In this document: positions 40,493 through 50,074 of the stretch, one piece after another
Position numbering within the stretch: the stretch's first letter is position 1
Layout: the number at the start of each line of letters is the position of its first letter
IMG/VR virus record: IMGVR_UViG_3300010998_000021
Location: 47,468 to 111,467 of that record
DNA length: 64,000 bases
Strand: one strand, 5' to 3'
From: a virus
Lineage: Duplodnaviria; Caudoviricetes
Made by a program: the position numbers and the translations under genes
Notes under the pieces: generated by a model
What the model was told of the DNA's origin: nothing
The model's database searches: none
What the model saw: only the letters and a program-made list of their open reading frames with translations

Positions 40493-40864
40493 ATGCTTAA
40501 TAAGATTAAGTATCAATTAGATGTTACTAATTTTATAAGGGATGCGGAAAACATGATCGAGAAATACGGATGGCAAGAAAAAACAGTAATGCCATATTCG
40601 TTCCCTGTAAAGGTTACAAAAATCATTAATGATCTGAAAGACTTTGACAGATGCACAGAAAGCAGTCAACAATATTTGATTTCACTTGCTAATGGTCTTG
40701 TACCTATTTTAAATAGTTGGGAGAAACATGAACAAGCCGAGAAAGTAGAAGTAAGAATCAAAAGTTCTGGGAAAATCATCAAAATCGCAAGGGAAGATTT
40801 TGAAATGTTCAGTGAGTTGATAGAATACGTAAATACGAATAATGAAGAAGGTGATATAACATGA
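40493..40864 (+). CDS. Hypothetical protein
   Basis: SD AGGAGG. Confidence 0.6.
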   Translation: MLNKIKYQLDVTNFIRDAENMIEKYGWQEKTVMPYSFPVKVTKIINDLKDFDRCTESSQQYLISLANGLVPILNSWEKHEQAEKVEVRIKSSGKIIKIAREDFEMFSELIEYVNTNNEEGDIT

Positions 40865-41077
40865 CAACATGGACACATTTTTAATTTACCAGTGGCGCAA
40901 ATCCGTATATTGCATTTGTTAAAGAAGAAGCGAATGAACTTATCAGGAAATATAAACAAAAAGGCTATTTGATCGAAGAATTATCAGAAGGGTTTTATAA
41001 AATCCACGATAAATAAAACAAGATAATTATTGACAGGATAGCATAAATGTGCTATCCTATATTAGCATATTTAGGAG

Positions 41078-41557
41078 GTGAAATTTATGTATTATGTAAG
41101 TTATGGCAGCAATATGAATGTAGAACAGATGGCGTATAGATGTCCAAATACAAAAATCTATGGAAATGGAAAAGTAAAAGGATGGAAACTCGTATTTAAT
41201 TATCATGCAGATATTATTGAGACAGGAATAGAATCTGATTCCGTTCCTGTTGTAGTTTGGGAACTTGATAACAAAAATGATGAAAAACGTCTTGACAGAT
41301 ACGAAGGTTATCCAACATATTATGTAAAAAGAATTGTTCCTGTTGTTATGGATAACGGTAAAAAGATCAGAGCAATGGTTTATGTAATGAATAATCTTCA
41401 TAAAGGGATATACCCACCAACGCAGTTATATTTTGATGGAATTTTAGAAGGTTATCATACAAATGGTATTGACACGAAACCATTATTCGATGCTCTTAAA
41501 TTCAGTCTTAACGAGGACAATTTTACGGAGCATAATCAGTATAATCCAATAGCATGA
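41078..41557 (+). CDS. Gamma-glutamylcyclotransferase (AIG2-like) family protein
   Basis: YVSYGSNMN..QM..RCP...LDRYEGYP..Y. Confidence 0.85.
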   Translation: MKFMYYVSYGSNMNVEQMAYRCPNTKIYGNGKVKGWKLVFNYHADIIETGIESDSVPVVVWELDNKNDEKRLDRYEGYPTYYVKRIVPVVMDNGKKIRAMVYVMNNLHKGIYPPTQLYFDGILEGYHTNGIDTKPLFDALKFSLNEDNFTEHNQYNPIA

Positions 41558-41571
41558 AAGGGGTTGATGCT

Positions 41572-41988
41572 ATGAAAATTGAACGATCCAAAAGAGTAAT
41601 AGAAAATTATGTATGCCCTAATTGTTTTCATCAGGTGCATGAATGCATATGCAAATTCTATCCACCGTGGCAATTAATAATGATTGATGTAAACATTCAG
41701 GAAGTTGTCAGGATTTTAAATCAAAAAGGTTATACCACTATTGGATGCTGTGAGTCGCATTTCGGGGGTAACAATAATATCTATATCGCGTTCAATATGC
41801 GCTATGATGATATTGGTTTACCAAATGGCTTTACATATGCCAAAGGAAAAACCAACATTAGTTATTCATTCAAGAAGTCAGAACAGGAAACAAAAGAAAA
41901 ATATGAAGAATTGAAAGCGGAAAAACTGAAAGCGCTATTAGAATGGGCGCGGTCAATTCCAGAAAATCCGCACATGTTCAGGAGATAG
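41572..41988 (+). CDS. Hypothetical protein with ID..I...V..LN.KGY.T..CCESH motif (TYW3-N-like)
   Basis: Motif as stated plus an N-terminal CPNC. Confidence 0.5.
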   Translation: MKIERSKRVIENYVCPNCFHQVHECICKFYPPWQLIMIDVNIQEVVRILNQKGYTTIGCCESHFGGNNNIYIAFNMRYDDIGLPNGFTYAKGKTNISYSFKKSEQETKEKYEELKAEKLKALLEWARSIPENPHMFRR

Positions 41989-42082
41989 AGCGGTTGATCC
42001 GCTCTATTTCTTTATGCAGAAAATTTTAATATTGGAAAACCATTTTCGTGATGTCACGAAAAAGATAAATTTTCAAAAACTA

Positions 42083-42216
42083 TTTGGGGTTGTTCCGTGC
42101 TTCTCCATCTTTGAACCGATCAGATAATCTAAACACTATTCATAGTTTTATCGTGCGGCGTAAGACCGCACATCTATACTTATATCGTTCTTTCATCTGG
42201 CGGCGCAAGACCGCCA
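42083..42216 (+). pseudogene. Orphan 3' end of a DGR target gene with homing hairpins
   Basis: TTTGGGGTTGTTCCGTGCTTCTCCATC (FGVVPCFSI) as in the gene at 57921, followed by two GCGGCG(T/C)AAGACCGC hairpins. Confidence 0.65.
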
Positions 42217-42428
42217 TATCCTATGCAGAAAAATTCAATTTTTAAAAACTAAAATAAATGGATTGATGTTTTTCAAAACGTGGAAATTTTGCGGCGCATC
42301 GCGCAGAAAAATCCTATTATAAAAAATTAAAAATAATTCAAAATAACGCTTGCAATATCTATTTTTGTGTGGTAGAGTGTTTACAGATGATAAATCACAT
42401 ACACAAACGCATCGAAAGGAGATCCACA

Positions 42429-43115
42429 ATGAAAGACTATAAGGAAAAGATCAAGAAACTTCTTGCACTGGCAGAAAGCAACAACGAACATGAAGCAAAG
42501 GCGGCGCTCCTGAAAGCTAAAGAGTTGATGGCAGAACACAAGATCGCTGAGGTCGATCTGATTGACGCGAAGAATAAGAACGTCAAGCGCATCATTACAG
42601 AATACGAATACACCAAGCGCGGCGAATGGTGGATCGGCAGTCTTGCCAATATCATAGCGGAAAATTATTGCTGTCGGTCAGCTGGAAATAAGAATTTCAG
42701 AGGGCAGAAAAGAACGATTATTTTCGTAGGTCTGGAAGGCGATGTTGATATCTGCGCAAAGATTTTTGAGTATGCAGTTGATACGGCGAGAAGCTGCGGA
42801 AAGTCTTATCTGAAAAATCTTGATGGGTGGCAGCGTTACACTTCAGCGGAAAAGAACAGGATCAAAAACTCCTATGCTATCGGATTTGCGAGAGGTGTTA
42901 AGGTCGTATTTGATGAGCAGAAGGTCAAGAAAGAACAGGACGAGAGCGGATGGGGTCTTGTCATGATCGTTCCTAAAGAAGTCAATGAAGCGTGTTCTAA
43001 TTTTGTGACGGATAAATACCAGAGCAGACATACAGTTTACAGCGATGTCAGGGATGACGGTTATCAGGAAGGGCGCAAGTTCAATCCGCATGGAAAATTA
43101 TCTGTCGCGATTTAA
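42429..43115 (+). CDS. DUF2786 domain protein
   Basis: KIKKLLALAESNNEHEAKAALLKAKELMAEH N-terminus; IIFVG...D; SYAIGF. Confidence 0.8.
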   Translation: MKDYKEKIKKLLALAESNNEHEAKAALLKAKELMAEHKIAEVDLIDAKNKNVKRIITEYEYTKRGEWWIGSLANIIAENYCCRSAGNKNFRGQKRTIIFVGLEGDVDICAKIFEYAVDTARSCGKSYLKNLDGWQRYTSAEKNRIKNSYAIGFARGVKVVFDEQKVKKEQDESGWGLVMIVPKEVNEACSNFVTDKYQSRHTVYSDVRDDGYQEGRKFNPHGKLSVAI

Positions 43116-43126
43116 GGGGTGAATAA

Positions 43127-43354
43127 ATGAACGCAATAATCAGAGAGGAAACGGATGATGGCGTTAAGATGTCGAAGATTGATAATGTCGGCATTGTAAA
43201 ATATGGAAGGATATATTCTGCTGTCAGTGGGAAATGGCGTGAAGAAGTAGAACTATGGACGCATTCAGTTAGCCCACATTCAACAATCATTCTTGATGCG
43301 AAAACACAAATTATTTTGGAAGGAGACAAGAACATTGAAAATTATAAACTATGA
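43127..43354 (+). CDS. Hypothetical protein
   Basis: 75 aa; VGIVKYG shared with the ORF at 36308. Confidence 0.5.
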   Translation: MNAIIREETDDGVKMSKIDNVGIVKYGRIYSAVSGKWREEVELWTHSVSPHSTIILDAKTQIILEGDKNIENYKL

Positions 43355-43714
43355 TGGGAGCATATTACATTGTAACAGCCTTTACTTTACGGAAAAAGAA
43401 GTGATCGCAGATGACGTTTATATAATTCCGTTAATAGAGATCCAAAGGATAGAAGCTGAATAAGATAAGTGCCAGAGCAATCTGGCGTTTTTCTTTTGTA
43501 TCGCATAATAGTTTTTGAAAATTGGAAATATTTGTTTGTTGCAAATAAAATAATCAATTTTCAAAAATTAACATTTGCCGCATCATCCGCGCAGAAAAAT
43601 TGAATTATAAAAATCTAAAAATAATTAGAGAAAACGCTTGCATTATTTATTAAGTTATGCTAATATATAGTAAAGCAAATACACAAAGCAAACCAAACTA
43701 AGGAGGTACACACA

Positions 43715-44713
43715 ATGTCAAACTATTACATCAGGAACATGGAGACAGGAAAACTTGAGCTTCATTTTGACAAGGCAGATTATATGGCACTGTCAGACGA
43801 TCAGAAAGCAAAGATCAGGAGCAATTTCTTATTCAGTCGTGGCACTGGCGCATGGATCAGCCGTTGCAAGTTCCCGAATCTTTACAGACCTGAATGTGTC
43901 GCTAAAGAGTTAGGTCTTGAGGATGCAGGACGCGAAGGCGAAGCGCTTACATTTGAACAGCAGATGGAGCGCAAGATGGAAAAAGCAGAACGCAGAGCGG
44001 AGCGCATGGAATACAAGGCAGACAAGGCACATGAAAAAGGCTTTGCACTTCAGAAGCCTATCAATGATATGCATGGCGATATTGCATTCTTTACGCAGCC
44101 GAACATCAGCACATCAAGCGGTCGCGCCTTTACTAATAGAAGGAATAAAATGTTTGATGCATGGGAGCGAGGATTTGCTGAGTTCAGTAAAAGCGAATAC
44201 TATGCGGAGTGTGCAGCCAAGGCAAGACAGACAGCAAGCGGAAAAGATCAGAAGGATAAAGCATTCTGTCAGCGCAGAATTGACGAGGCAGAAGCAAGTA
44301 TTCGCGGATTGAAAAGAAACATCGCAGAATACGAAGGATATAAGAAGGCAATCGAGAACGGCGAAATCCCGAAGGATAAATACGGATGGGAGCTTAAAGC
44401 ATTGACGGTTGAAAAGGTCGATGCCGAGCTTGATCGTTGGTATGAAATCATGGAAAGCGAAATCGGAAAATCCGTATACTATCATGAGTGCATCGAAAAT
44501 CAGGGCGGTATTTCTTTCAGCAAGGAAAATCTGAACAAGGGAGATCTTGTACAGATTAACAGGTATCGTCATAGCGTGGTGCGTATCGTCAGATTTGGCG
44601 CTAAAAATGTGACGTTTGAATTTACCGATGCGCATATGAAGTATGCAGATGGTAGCCCGATGCAGGGGAAATGCGCATATGCTGAGATTGAAAAGGTGGT
44701 GAAGAGTGCATGA
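43715..44713 (+). CDS. DUF3560-like protein
   Basis: ERAERRAER...QPNI...GRAF..RR; SD AAGGAGG. Confidence 0.65.
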   Translation: MSNYYIRNMETGKLELHFDKADYMALSDDQKAKIRSNFLFSRGTGAWISRCKFPNLYRPECVAKELGLEDAGREGEALTFEQQMERKMEKAERRAERMEYKADKAHEKGFALQKPINDMHGDIAFFTQPNISTSSGRAFTNRRNKMFDAWERGFAEFSKSEYYAECAAKARQTASGKDQKDKAFCQRRIDEAEASIRGLKRNIAEYEGYKKAIENGEIPKDKYGWELKALTVEKVDAELDRWYEIMESEIGKSVYYHECIENQGGISFSKENLNKGDLVQINRYRHSVVRIVRFGAKNVTFEFTDAHMKYADGSPMQGKCAYAEIEKVVKSA

Positions 44714-44868
44714 CAGATGAGGATAGGGTAAGAGCATTATTTGGATTTGGTGAAAAGCGGAAACTTCCGAGCCGATATTGGGAAATCGGATGGGAAGATG
44801 CAGACGATGAAGAACCAGACGAAGAACGCGAACCAATCTATGATGAAGAAGAATTACCATTTTGCTGA
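44710..44868 (+). CDS. Small acidic protein (52 aa) ending DEEELPFC (not in ORF track)
   Basis: ATGA overlap with the upstream stop; terminator follows. Confidence 0.55.
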   Translation: MTDEDRVRALFGFGEKRKLPSRYWEIGWEDADDEEPDEEREPIYDEEELPFC

Positions 44869-45133
44869 GTCCAGCAAATTGGTTGAAGAGGCGGTCGAAT
44901 GATCGCCTTTTCTTTTTGGCGCAAACACATTTAGTTTTTGAAAATTAGAAAAATCTGTATGAACGACACAGAAAAATGCAATTTTGAAAAACATTATATT
45001 ATCGCCGATCGCTGCGCAGAAAAATCCAATATTAAAAAATAATAAATCACGCAAAATAATGCTTGCAATATATAAGTTTATATGCTATAGTATAACCATA
45101 GTAAATCACATACAGCCACAGGAGGAAAAATCA

Positions 45134-45526
45134 ATGAAGATCATGAGCGACATTCCAGAAATTCCCATGATGATTACTACAGATTACAAGACGTTTAAGA
45201 TCGGTGACAGAGTGCGCGTTCAGTTCGTGGCAAAGAAGTATCCTGAATATCCGTATAGTGGAGGCGGCGTTATCGGTCACATTAAATCTATCAATCACAA
45301 CAGCTTTGTTATTGATTATGTTTTAGATACAAAGGTTATTGAGTTTGATGACATTTATATCATTAAGAAGGTCGATGATGCGGAAACTTTCGATACTGTT
45401 CCAAACATTAACGATGAAGAGCGCGAGTTCTGGCGTACACATTGGATCACGAAAGATGGCATCAAGAAAAAGACAGCGGAAGATTTAAAGATGCTCGAAG
45501 AGTTCAATAAAGAATGGAAGAAATAA
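45134..45526 (+). CDS. Hypothetical protein with SH3/KOW-like beta domain
   Basis: FKIGDRVRV...GHIKSI; SD GGAGG. Confidence 0.6.
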   Translation: MKIMSDIPEIPMMITTDYKTFKIGDRVRVQFVAKKYPEYPYSGGGVIGHIKSINHNSFVIDYVLDTKVIEFDDIYIIKKVDDAETFDTVPNINDEEREFWRTHWITKDGIKKKTAEDLKMLEEFNKEWKK

Positions 45527-45609
45527 TACAAAATAATTGTTGACAAGATATAAGTTTTGAGTTAGAATGTTATCAACAAGTAAATCAGAGACACGAAAGG
45601 AGAACGGAA

Positions 45610-45891
45610 ATGACAGAGCAGGAAGTAAGAGCGAATTGGGACGAGGCTTTAACCAGATGGGAGAACGGAGAATTTGCGCTGAGCAGCGTTATTGGATGGG
45701 GCTTTTATCCGCAGGATTTAATCGTGCTGTGCTGTATGCATGAAGCAGGAATGCATCAGGAGTCAATCGTTGATCTGTTGGAATATTGCAATTTCCATAC
45801 GGAGTGTGGACTGATTGATGATGGAAAGTATGACGAATGCAGAAAGGTTATCTTTGACGACATGAAAGGCGAAAGCATTCCATTGTTCTAA
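45610..45891 (+). CDS. Hypothetical acidic protein
   Basis: LLEYCNFHTE motif; own promoter. Confidence 0.6.
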   Translation: MTEQEVRANWDEALTRWENGEFALSSVIGWGFYPQDLIVLCCMHEAGMHQESIVDLLEYCNFHTECGLIDDGKYDECRKVIFDDMKGESIPLF

Positions 45892-45927
45892 CATATAAAT
45901 AATACAAAATAATAAGGAAAGGAATTA

Positions 45928-46473
45928 ATGAATAATGCGAGAGATGAATTAGGAAGAATTGCCAAACAGTATAATAAATACGATCTGTCAGGTGAATACG
46001 GTATTGGATGGACAAACAAGGGCGAAGAATTTTGGTTTGACAAAGAAGATTATGATAAAATCAAAAATTATTGTTGGCATTTTAATAGATGGGGACATTT
46101 AATATCAACCGAAAGAGGCAGCAATAAGAGAGTATTTTTACATAGACTTGTAATGCAACCAATACCAGATGGGTTAGTTGTCGATCATAAAAACCATCCA
46201 AAAGGAAGAGAAAATAAAATAGACAACAGAAAACAAAACCTTGAAATAAAAACAACGCAACAAAATTGCATGAACATACATAATCATAAAAATAATAAGA
46301 GTGGATGTTCTGGTGTTACTGAAAGAAACGGCAAGTGGATTGCGCGAATAGGTTATATGAACAAACGATATAGTCTTGGAACTTACGATAAATTAGAAGA
46401 TGCTATTAAGGCAAGAAAAGAAGCGGAAAAATTGTATTATGGACGATATAGTTTTGATAGCTGTAATAAATAA
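45928..46473 (+). CDS. HNH endonuclease with C-terminal AP2 domain
   Basis: FLHRLVM...VVDHKNH...DNRKQNL...N; SGCSGV...KWIARI...LGTY...A..AR..AE. Confidence 0.85.
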   Translation: MNNARDELGRIAKQYNKYDLSGEYGIGWTNKGEEFWFDKEDYDKIKNYCWHFNRWGHLISTERGSNKRVFLHRLVMQPIPDGLVVDHKNHPKGRENKIDNRKQNLEIKTTQQNCMNIHNHKNNKSGCSGVTERNGKWIARIGYMNKRYSLGTYDKLEDAIKARKEAEKLYYGRYSFDSCNK

Positions 46474-46561
46474 AACAAAATAACGCTTGACAATGATTTA
46501 AGTATAGTATATCATGTACTTAGGCAGTAAACAGAATACATATAACAAGGAGGAAAATAAT

Positions 46562-47551
46562 ATGCCAGCAAATGTAGAAACAATGTTTAGTGGAAACGGT
46601 ATTCTTCCGTGGCACGAATGCGGAACAGTTATTCAGGGGACAGCATCAAGCGCAGAAGCTATTAAACTTGCAGGACTTGATTGGGATGTTATTCCAAAAC
46701 CGATTTATGATGAATTTGGTCGGGAGCTTCCGGGGTACAAAGTGAATATGAGATCAAGTGATAACACGGCGCTTGGCATTGTAACTGATCGTTATCGCAT
46801 TGTTCAGAACAGTGAAGCGTTCGCTTTTACCGATGCTCTTCTTGGTGAAGGGGTAAGGTATGAAACCGCTGGAAGTCTTGCATCTGGCAAAAGAGTATGG
46901 ATGCTTGCGAGAATGGAAAACACTTTGCTCGCTGAAGAAAATATTGATCCATATCTTGTATTTACCAATAGTCATGATGGCACAGGCGCTATTCGTGTGG
47001 CTCTCGTTCCCATACGCGTAGTGTGTAGTAATACTTTAAATCTTGCACTTCATCAGGCGAGTCGGCATTGGTCTTGTGTACATAAGGGAGACATTCAGAG
47101 CAAGCTCGAAGAAGCAAGGTTTACACTTTCAAGCGCGGAACGCTATATGGAGGCGCTTGAGGAAGAATTTGGCGAACTGAAGCTCAAGAAAGTCACTGAA
47201 GCACAGGTTAGAAATATGACGGAAAAACTTCTTGAGATCGAGTTCAATAACCTGTTTAACAAGGCGCTGAAAACTGGAAACGTTATTGACTTCAAAGAGC
47301 GTTTACGTCAGCAGAAATATGAGGACAAGCTGAACACGAAGCGCAATGATATCCTCACAATTTATCATGACAAGCCAGACCTTGTAGGAACTGAGTATAG
47401 CGCATTCCGCTTTATCAATGCAGTCAGTGACTATGCAACACATACAACAGACCATAAACAGACAAAGAACTATCAGGAAAATCTGTTTATGAAAACTATT
47501 GACGGTAATGGACTTATTGATACAGCTTATCAGCTTGCGCTTGCAGCGTAA
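46562..47551 (+). CDS. DUF932/DUF945 phage-plasmid family protein
   Basis: PWH, AGLDW.V, YETAGSL..GKRVW, NSHDG, PIRVVC.NTL. Confidence 0.85.
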   Translation: MPANVETMFSGNGILPWHECGTVIQGTASSAEAIKLAGLDWDVIPKPIYDEFGRELPGYKVNMRSSDNTALGIVTDRYRIVQNSEAFAFTDALLGEGVRYETAGSLASGKRVWMLARMENTLLAEENIDPYLVFTNSHDGTGAIRVALVPIRVVCSNTLNLALHQASRHWSCVHKGDIQSKLEEARFTLSSAERYMEALEEEFGELKLKKVTEAQVRNMTEKLLEIEFNNLFNKALKTGNVIDFKERLRQQKYEDKLNTKRNDILTIYHDKPDLVGTEYSAFRFINAVSDYATHTTDHKQTKNYQENLFMKTIDGNGLIDTAYQLALAA

Positions 47552-47602
47552 TCAGAGAAAGATAGGGCGGTCACAGGATCGCCCTATTTATGAGGATTAA
47601 AT

Positions 47603-47956
47603 ATGAGATATAGTAAAAATTTAAAAAGTGGTGACATAGTTGTTTTTAATATCATGAGCAACATATACAACAGGAAAATTCCTATTGACGGAATTGTAAC
47701 ATGCGTTTGTGAAGAAATTGAGATAGTACATGTTATGTATCAATACGGTTATTCGCGCGAACATGATGCCGTTAATTTTGCGGATATGTTAGCAGTACAT
47801 AATCCAGAAGGTGAATGGATGCAATTTGATAATATAAGTGGAAATAGTGAACTGTTAGAAGGTGGCAGAAAGTACGCCGAGCGATTAGGTGAAAAGTGGA
47901 ATAATAAATTTAGCAGTTCAACATTTCCGCTATATCATAAGAATGAATATCTTTAA
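47603..47956 (+). CDS. Hypothetical protein
   Basis: SD GAGG. Confidence 0.5.
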   Translation: MRYSKNLKSGDIVVFNIMSNIYNRKIPIDGIVTCVCEEIEIVHVMYQYGYSREHDAVNFADMLAVHNPEGEWMQFDNISGNSELLEGGRKYAERLGEKWNNKFSSSTFPLYHKNEYL

Positions 47957-47972
47957 TAATAGAGGTGAGTTA

Positions 47973-48272
47973 ATGACGTTACGCGAAATGATAAAACAGG
48001 TTTATTATTTATCTGTCAATGGAAATTTTAATCATGAATCTGGTTGGAGTCTTTCAAAGTTTAAACGCTACCTTGCAGAAAAATTCAAAGATGATAATAG
48101 GGAAACCGTTATTATGGAGATTGAATTGCCGGATGGTTGGTGGTTTATGGAAATTAAGAGAATGAAAATCAACAGTTACCATTGGGATTGTTGGGATTAT
48201 TACATTCCAGAATCAAGAGAAGATAATGATCGTTTAAGAAATATACTGTTGAATATATCAAGGGGCGCATGA
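47973..48272 (+). CDS. Hypothetical protein
   Basis: SD GAGGTG; terminator follows. Confidence 0.55.
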   Translation: MTLREMIKQVYYLSVNGNFNHESGWSLSKFKRYLAEKFKDDNRETVIMEIELPDGWWFMEIKRMKINSYHWDCWDYYIPESREDNDRLRNILLNISRGA

Positions 48273-48541
48273 CGCTCCTTGTTTTGTGGTTTTGTTTTTG
48301 AAAACGGCTAAAAGTTGTGTAAGTTATGTGATATATGGTAGTTTTTGAAAACTTTGGGAAATTGCCAATAAAATACGTGTTTTATTGTAAAATCACAGTA
48401 AGAAAAGATACAATAATTGCATGTTTTTAAAAACAGCAAAATAAGAAACTATTAAATACTACAAAATAATTGTTGACATAGAATAAGACACATGATAATA
48501 TATAGTAAATCAAATACAAACAAATAATAGGGAGGAAATGT

Positions 48542-48733
48542 ATGGATTATTACATCACAAAAATCATTGGAAACGACAGAACTATATTAAGTAAGCATAG
48601 TAATCTTGATGATGCTCTAAAAGAAGGCGAATCAAAGTATAAGGAACTGAAATGCACCATTGACTGTATCAGCGGTGAAATTGATAACAAAGGGAATATT
48701 AATGGCAAGTACAGGGTATATAAGGTATGGTAA
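48542..48733 (+). CDS. Small hypothetical protein
   Basis: SD GGGAGG; own promoter. Confidence 0.6.
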   Translation: MDYYITKIIGNDRTILSKHSNLDDALKEGESKYKELKCTIDCISGEIDNKGNINGKYRVYKVW

Positions 48734-48853
48734 TAAATACCAGTATATGAATGAAACCTAATTTATAAATAATGCAATATAATACATGTAAAGGATGCAA
48801 ATAAGGTGTTATTATATAAATATAGTAAATAATACAAATTGAAGGAGATCAAA

Positions 48854-49990
48854 ATGAAATTTGAAATTAATGGTACAGAATTTAAAAATCTCGTAGGCAG
48901 AATCAGCGCACTTGTTCCAAAGAAATCATCGCTTTATTTTCTGGAATGCGTCAAGATTACGGCAGACGGAAATTATATAACATTACAAGCATCTGATTCA
49001 AATGATTATGGAACTATCAAAGTACGAGCCAATGTTTTTGAATCTGGCTGCGCATGGGTACACATCACTGACTTGAATAAGGTAATTGGAATATCTGATT
49101 ACATAACAATTACTGCAAACAACGCACGTTTTGAAGTCCGTAGCAAAAAGAAAAGTTATGAAGTTAAATACTATGATTACTCGGATGAACAGTATGAGTA
49201 TTTAGATACAAAAAATAATCCAATGTGCCTACTTGGTGATATGCATCTATTAAATCATCTTTCAAAACTCGATTGCATGAGAGAATCATCTAATATTGGG
49301 AATCCTCTTATTCAGTCTTTTTGTCTTGATTTGCCAAAAGGAAAAATTGTAGCATTAAATGGACACATGGTTGGAGTAGCTAACATTTCTGGTACAATCA
49401 TTAATCCGGCAAAGCCACTCAATATAAGTGGAACTATCTATAAGAAGATCAAAAGCATTATTGGAAAAACAAAAACAGAAACCACTGTCGCAATTTCCGC
49501 TGATGATAAAGTTGTAAAATTCGCTGGAGAAGATTGGACTCTTGTATCAAGATTGATTGATGGTAAGTTTTGGGATTATGAACATTTATTTAACGGAGAT
49601 TATGATTATTCGTATAGAATAGACCATAATGAATTGAAGAATATCGCAAAAGAATATGCAAAAGCAATAGGACGCGAGAAAATTCCAATGATTATATATT
49701 CAAAAAATGGCATGGTAGCTACTGGAGTACAAGTTGGAAATTATAAAACGTCTGATTTATTGCAGATCGTTAATCCTGAATATGGAATGGAAAATGAAGA
49801 ATTTAGTCAAGGATTTAACGCATCGTATATATATAATACTTGCAACGTGTTTGATGATGAGGCGGTTGTTAAAGGAAGTTACAAAAGAACATCTCCAATA
49901 GTATTTGAGAATGAAACATACAAGGTTATGATTCTTCCTGTAAATATCGGGGATCATGAAATAGGGTTTGTTGAGAAGCAGATTGCATAA
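48854..49990 (+). CDS. Divergent DNA polymerase III beta-clamp-like protein
   Basis: 378 aa; MKFEI...L....LQASD, VALNGH, SRLIDGKFWDY, GFNASYI, VMILPV match the DnaN layout. Confidence 0.75.
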   Translation: MKFEINGTEFKNLVGRISALVPKKSSLYFLECVKITADGNYITLQASDSNDYGTIKVRANVFESGCAWVHITDLNKVIGISDYITITANNARFEVRSKKKSYEVKYYDYSDEQYEYLDTKNNPMCLLGDMHLLNHLSKLDCMRESSNIGNPLIQSFCLDLPKGKIVALNGHMVGVANISGTIINPAKPLNISGTIYKKIKSIIGKTKTETTVAISADDKVVKFAGEDWTLVSRLIDGKFWDYEHLFNGDYDYSYRIDHNELKNIAKEYAKAIGREKIPMIIYSKNGMVATGVQVGNYKTSDLLQIVNPEYGMENEEFSQGFNASYIYNTCNVFDDEAVVKGSYKRTSPIVFENETYKVMILPVNIGDHEIGFVEKQIA

Positions 49991-50074
49991 ATAAAACAAA
50001 ATAATTGTTGAATAGGTGTAAAATATATGCTATCATTAATAGTGTATATTTTGCATCTGAAAGTAGGTGATTAT

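Noticed and set aside
42014-42127. 37-aa ORF ending FGVVPCFSIFEPIR as a functional mini DGR target
   Set aside because: Starts inside the terminator T-run with no SD, and its upstream part is spacer DNA with no variable-region signature; treated as a remnant
44114-44860. Long antisense ORFs (this one, also 6423-6974, 8828-9460 and 53803-54744)
   Set aside because: Shadows of strongly codon-biased genes on the opposite strand
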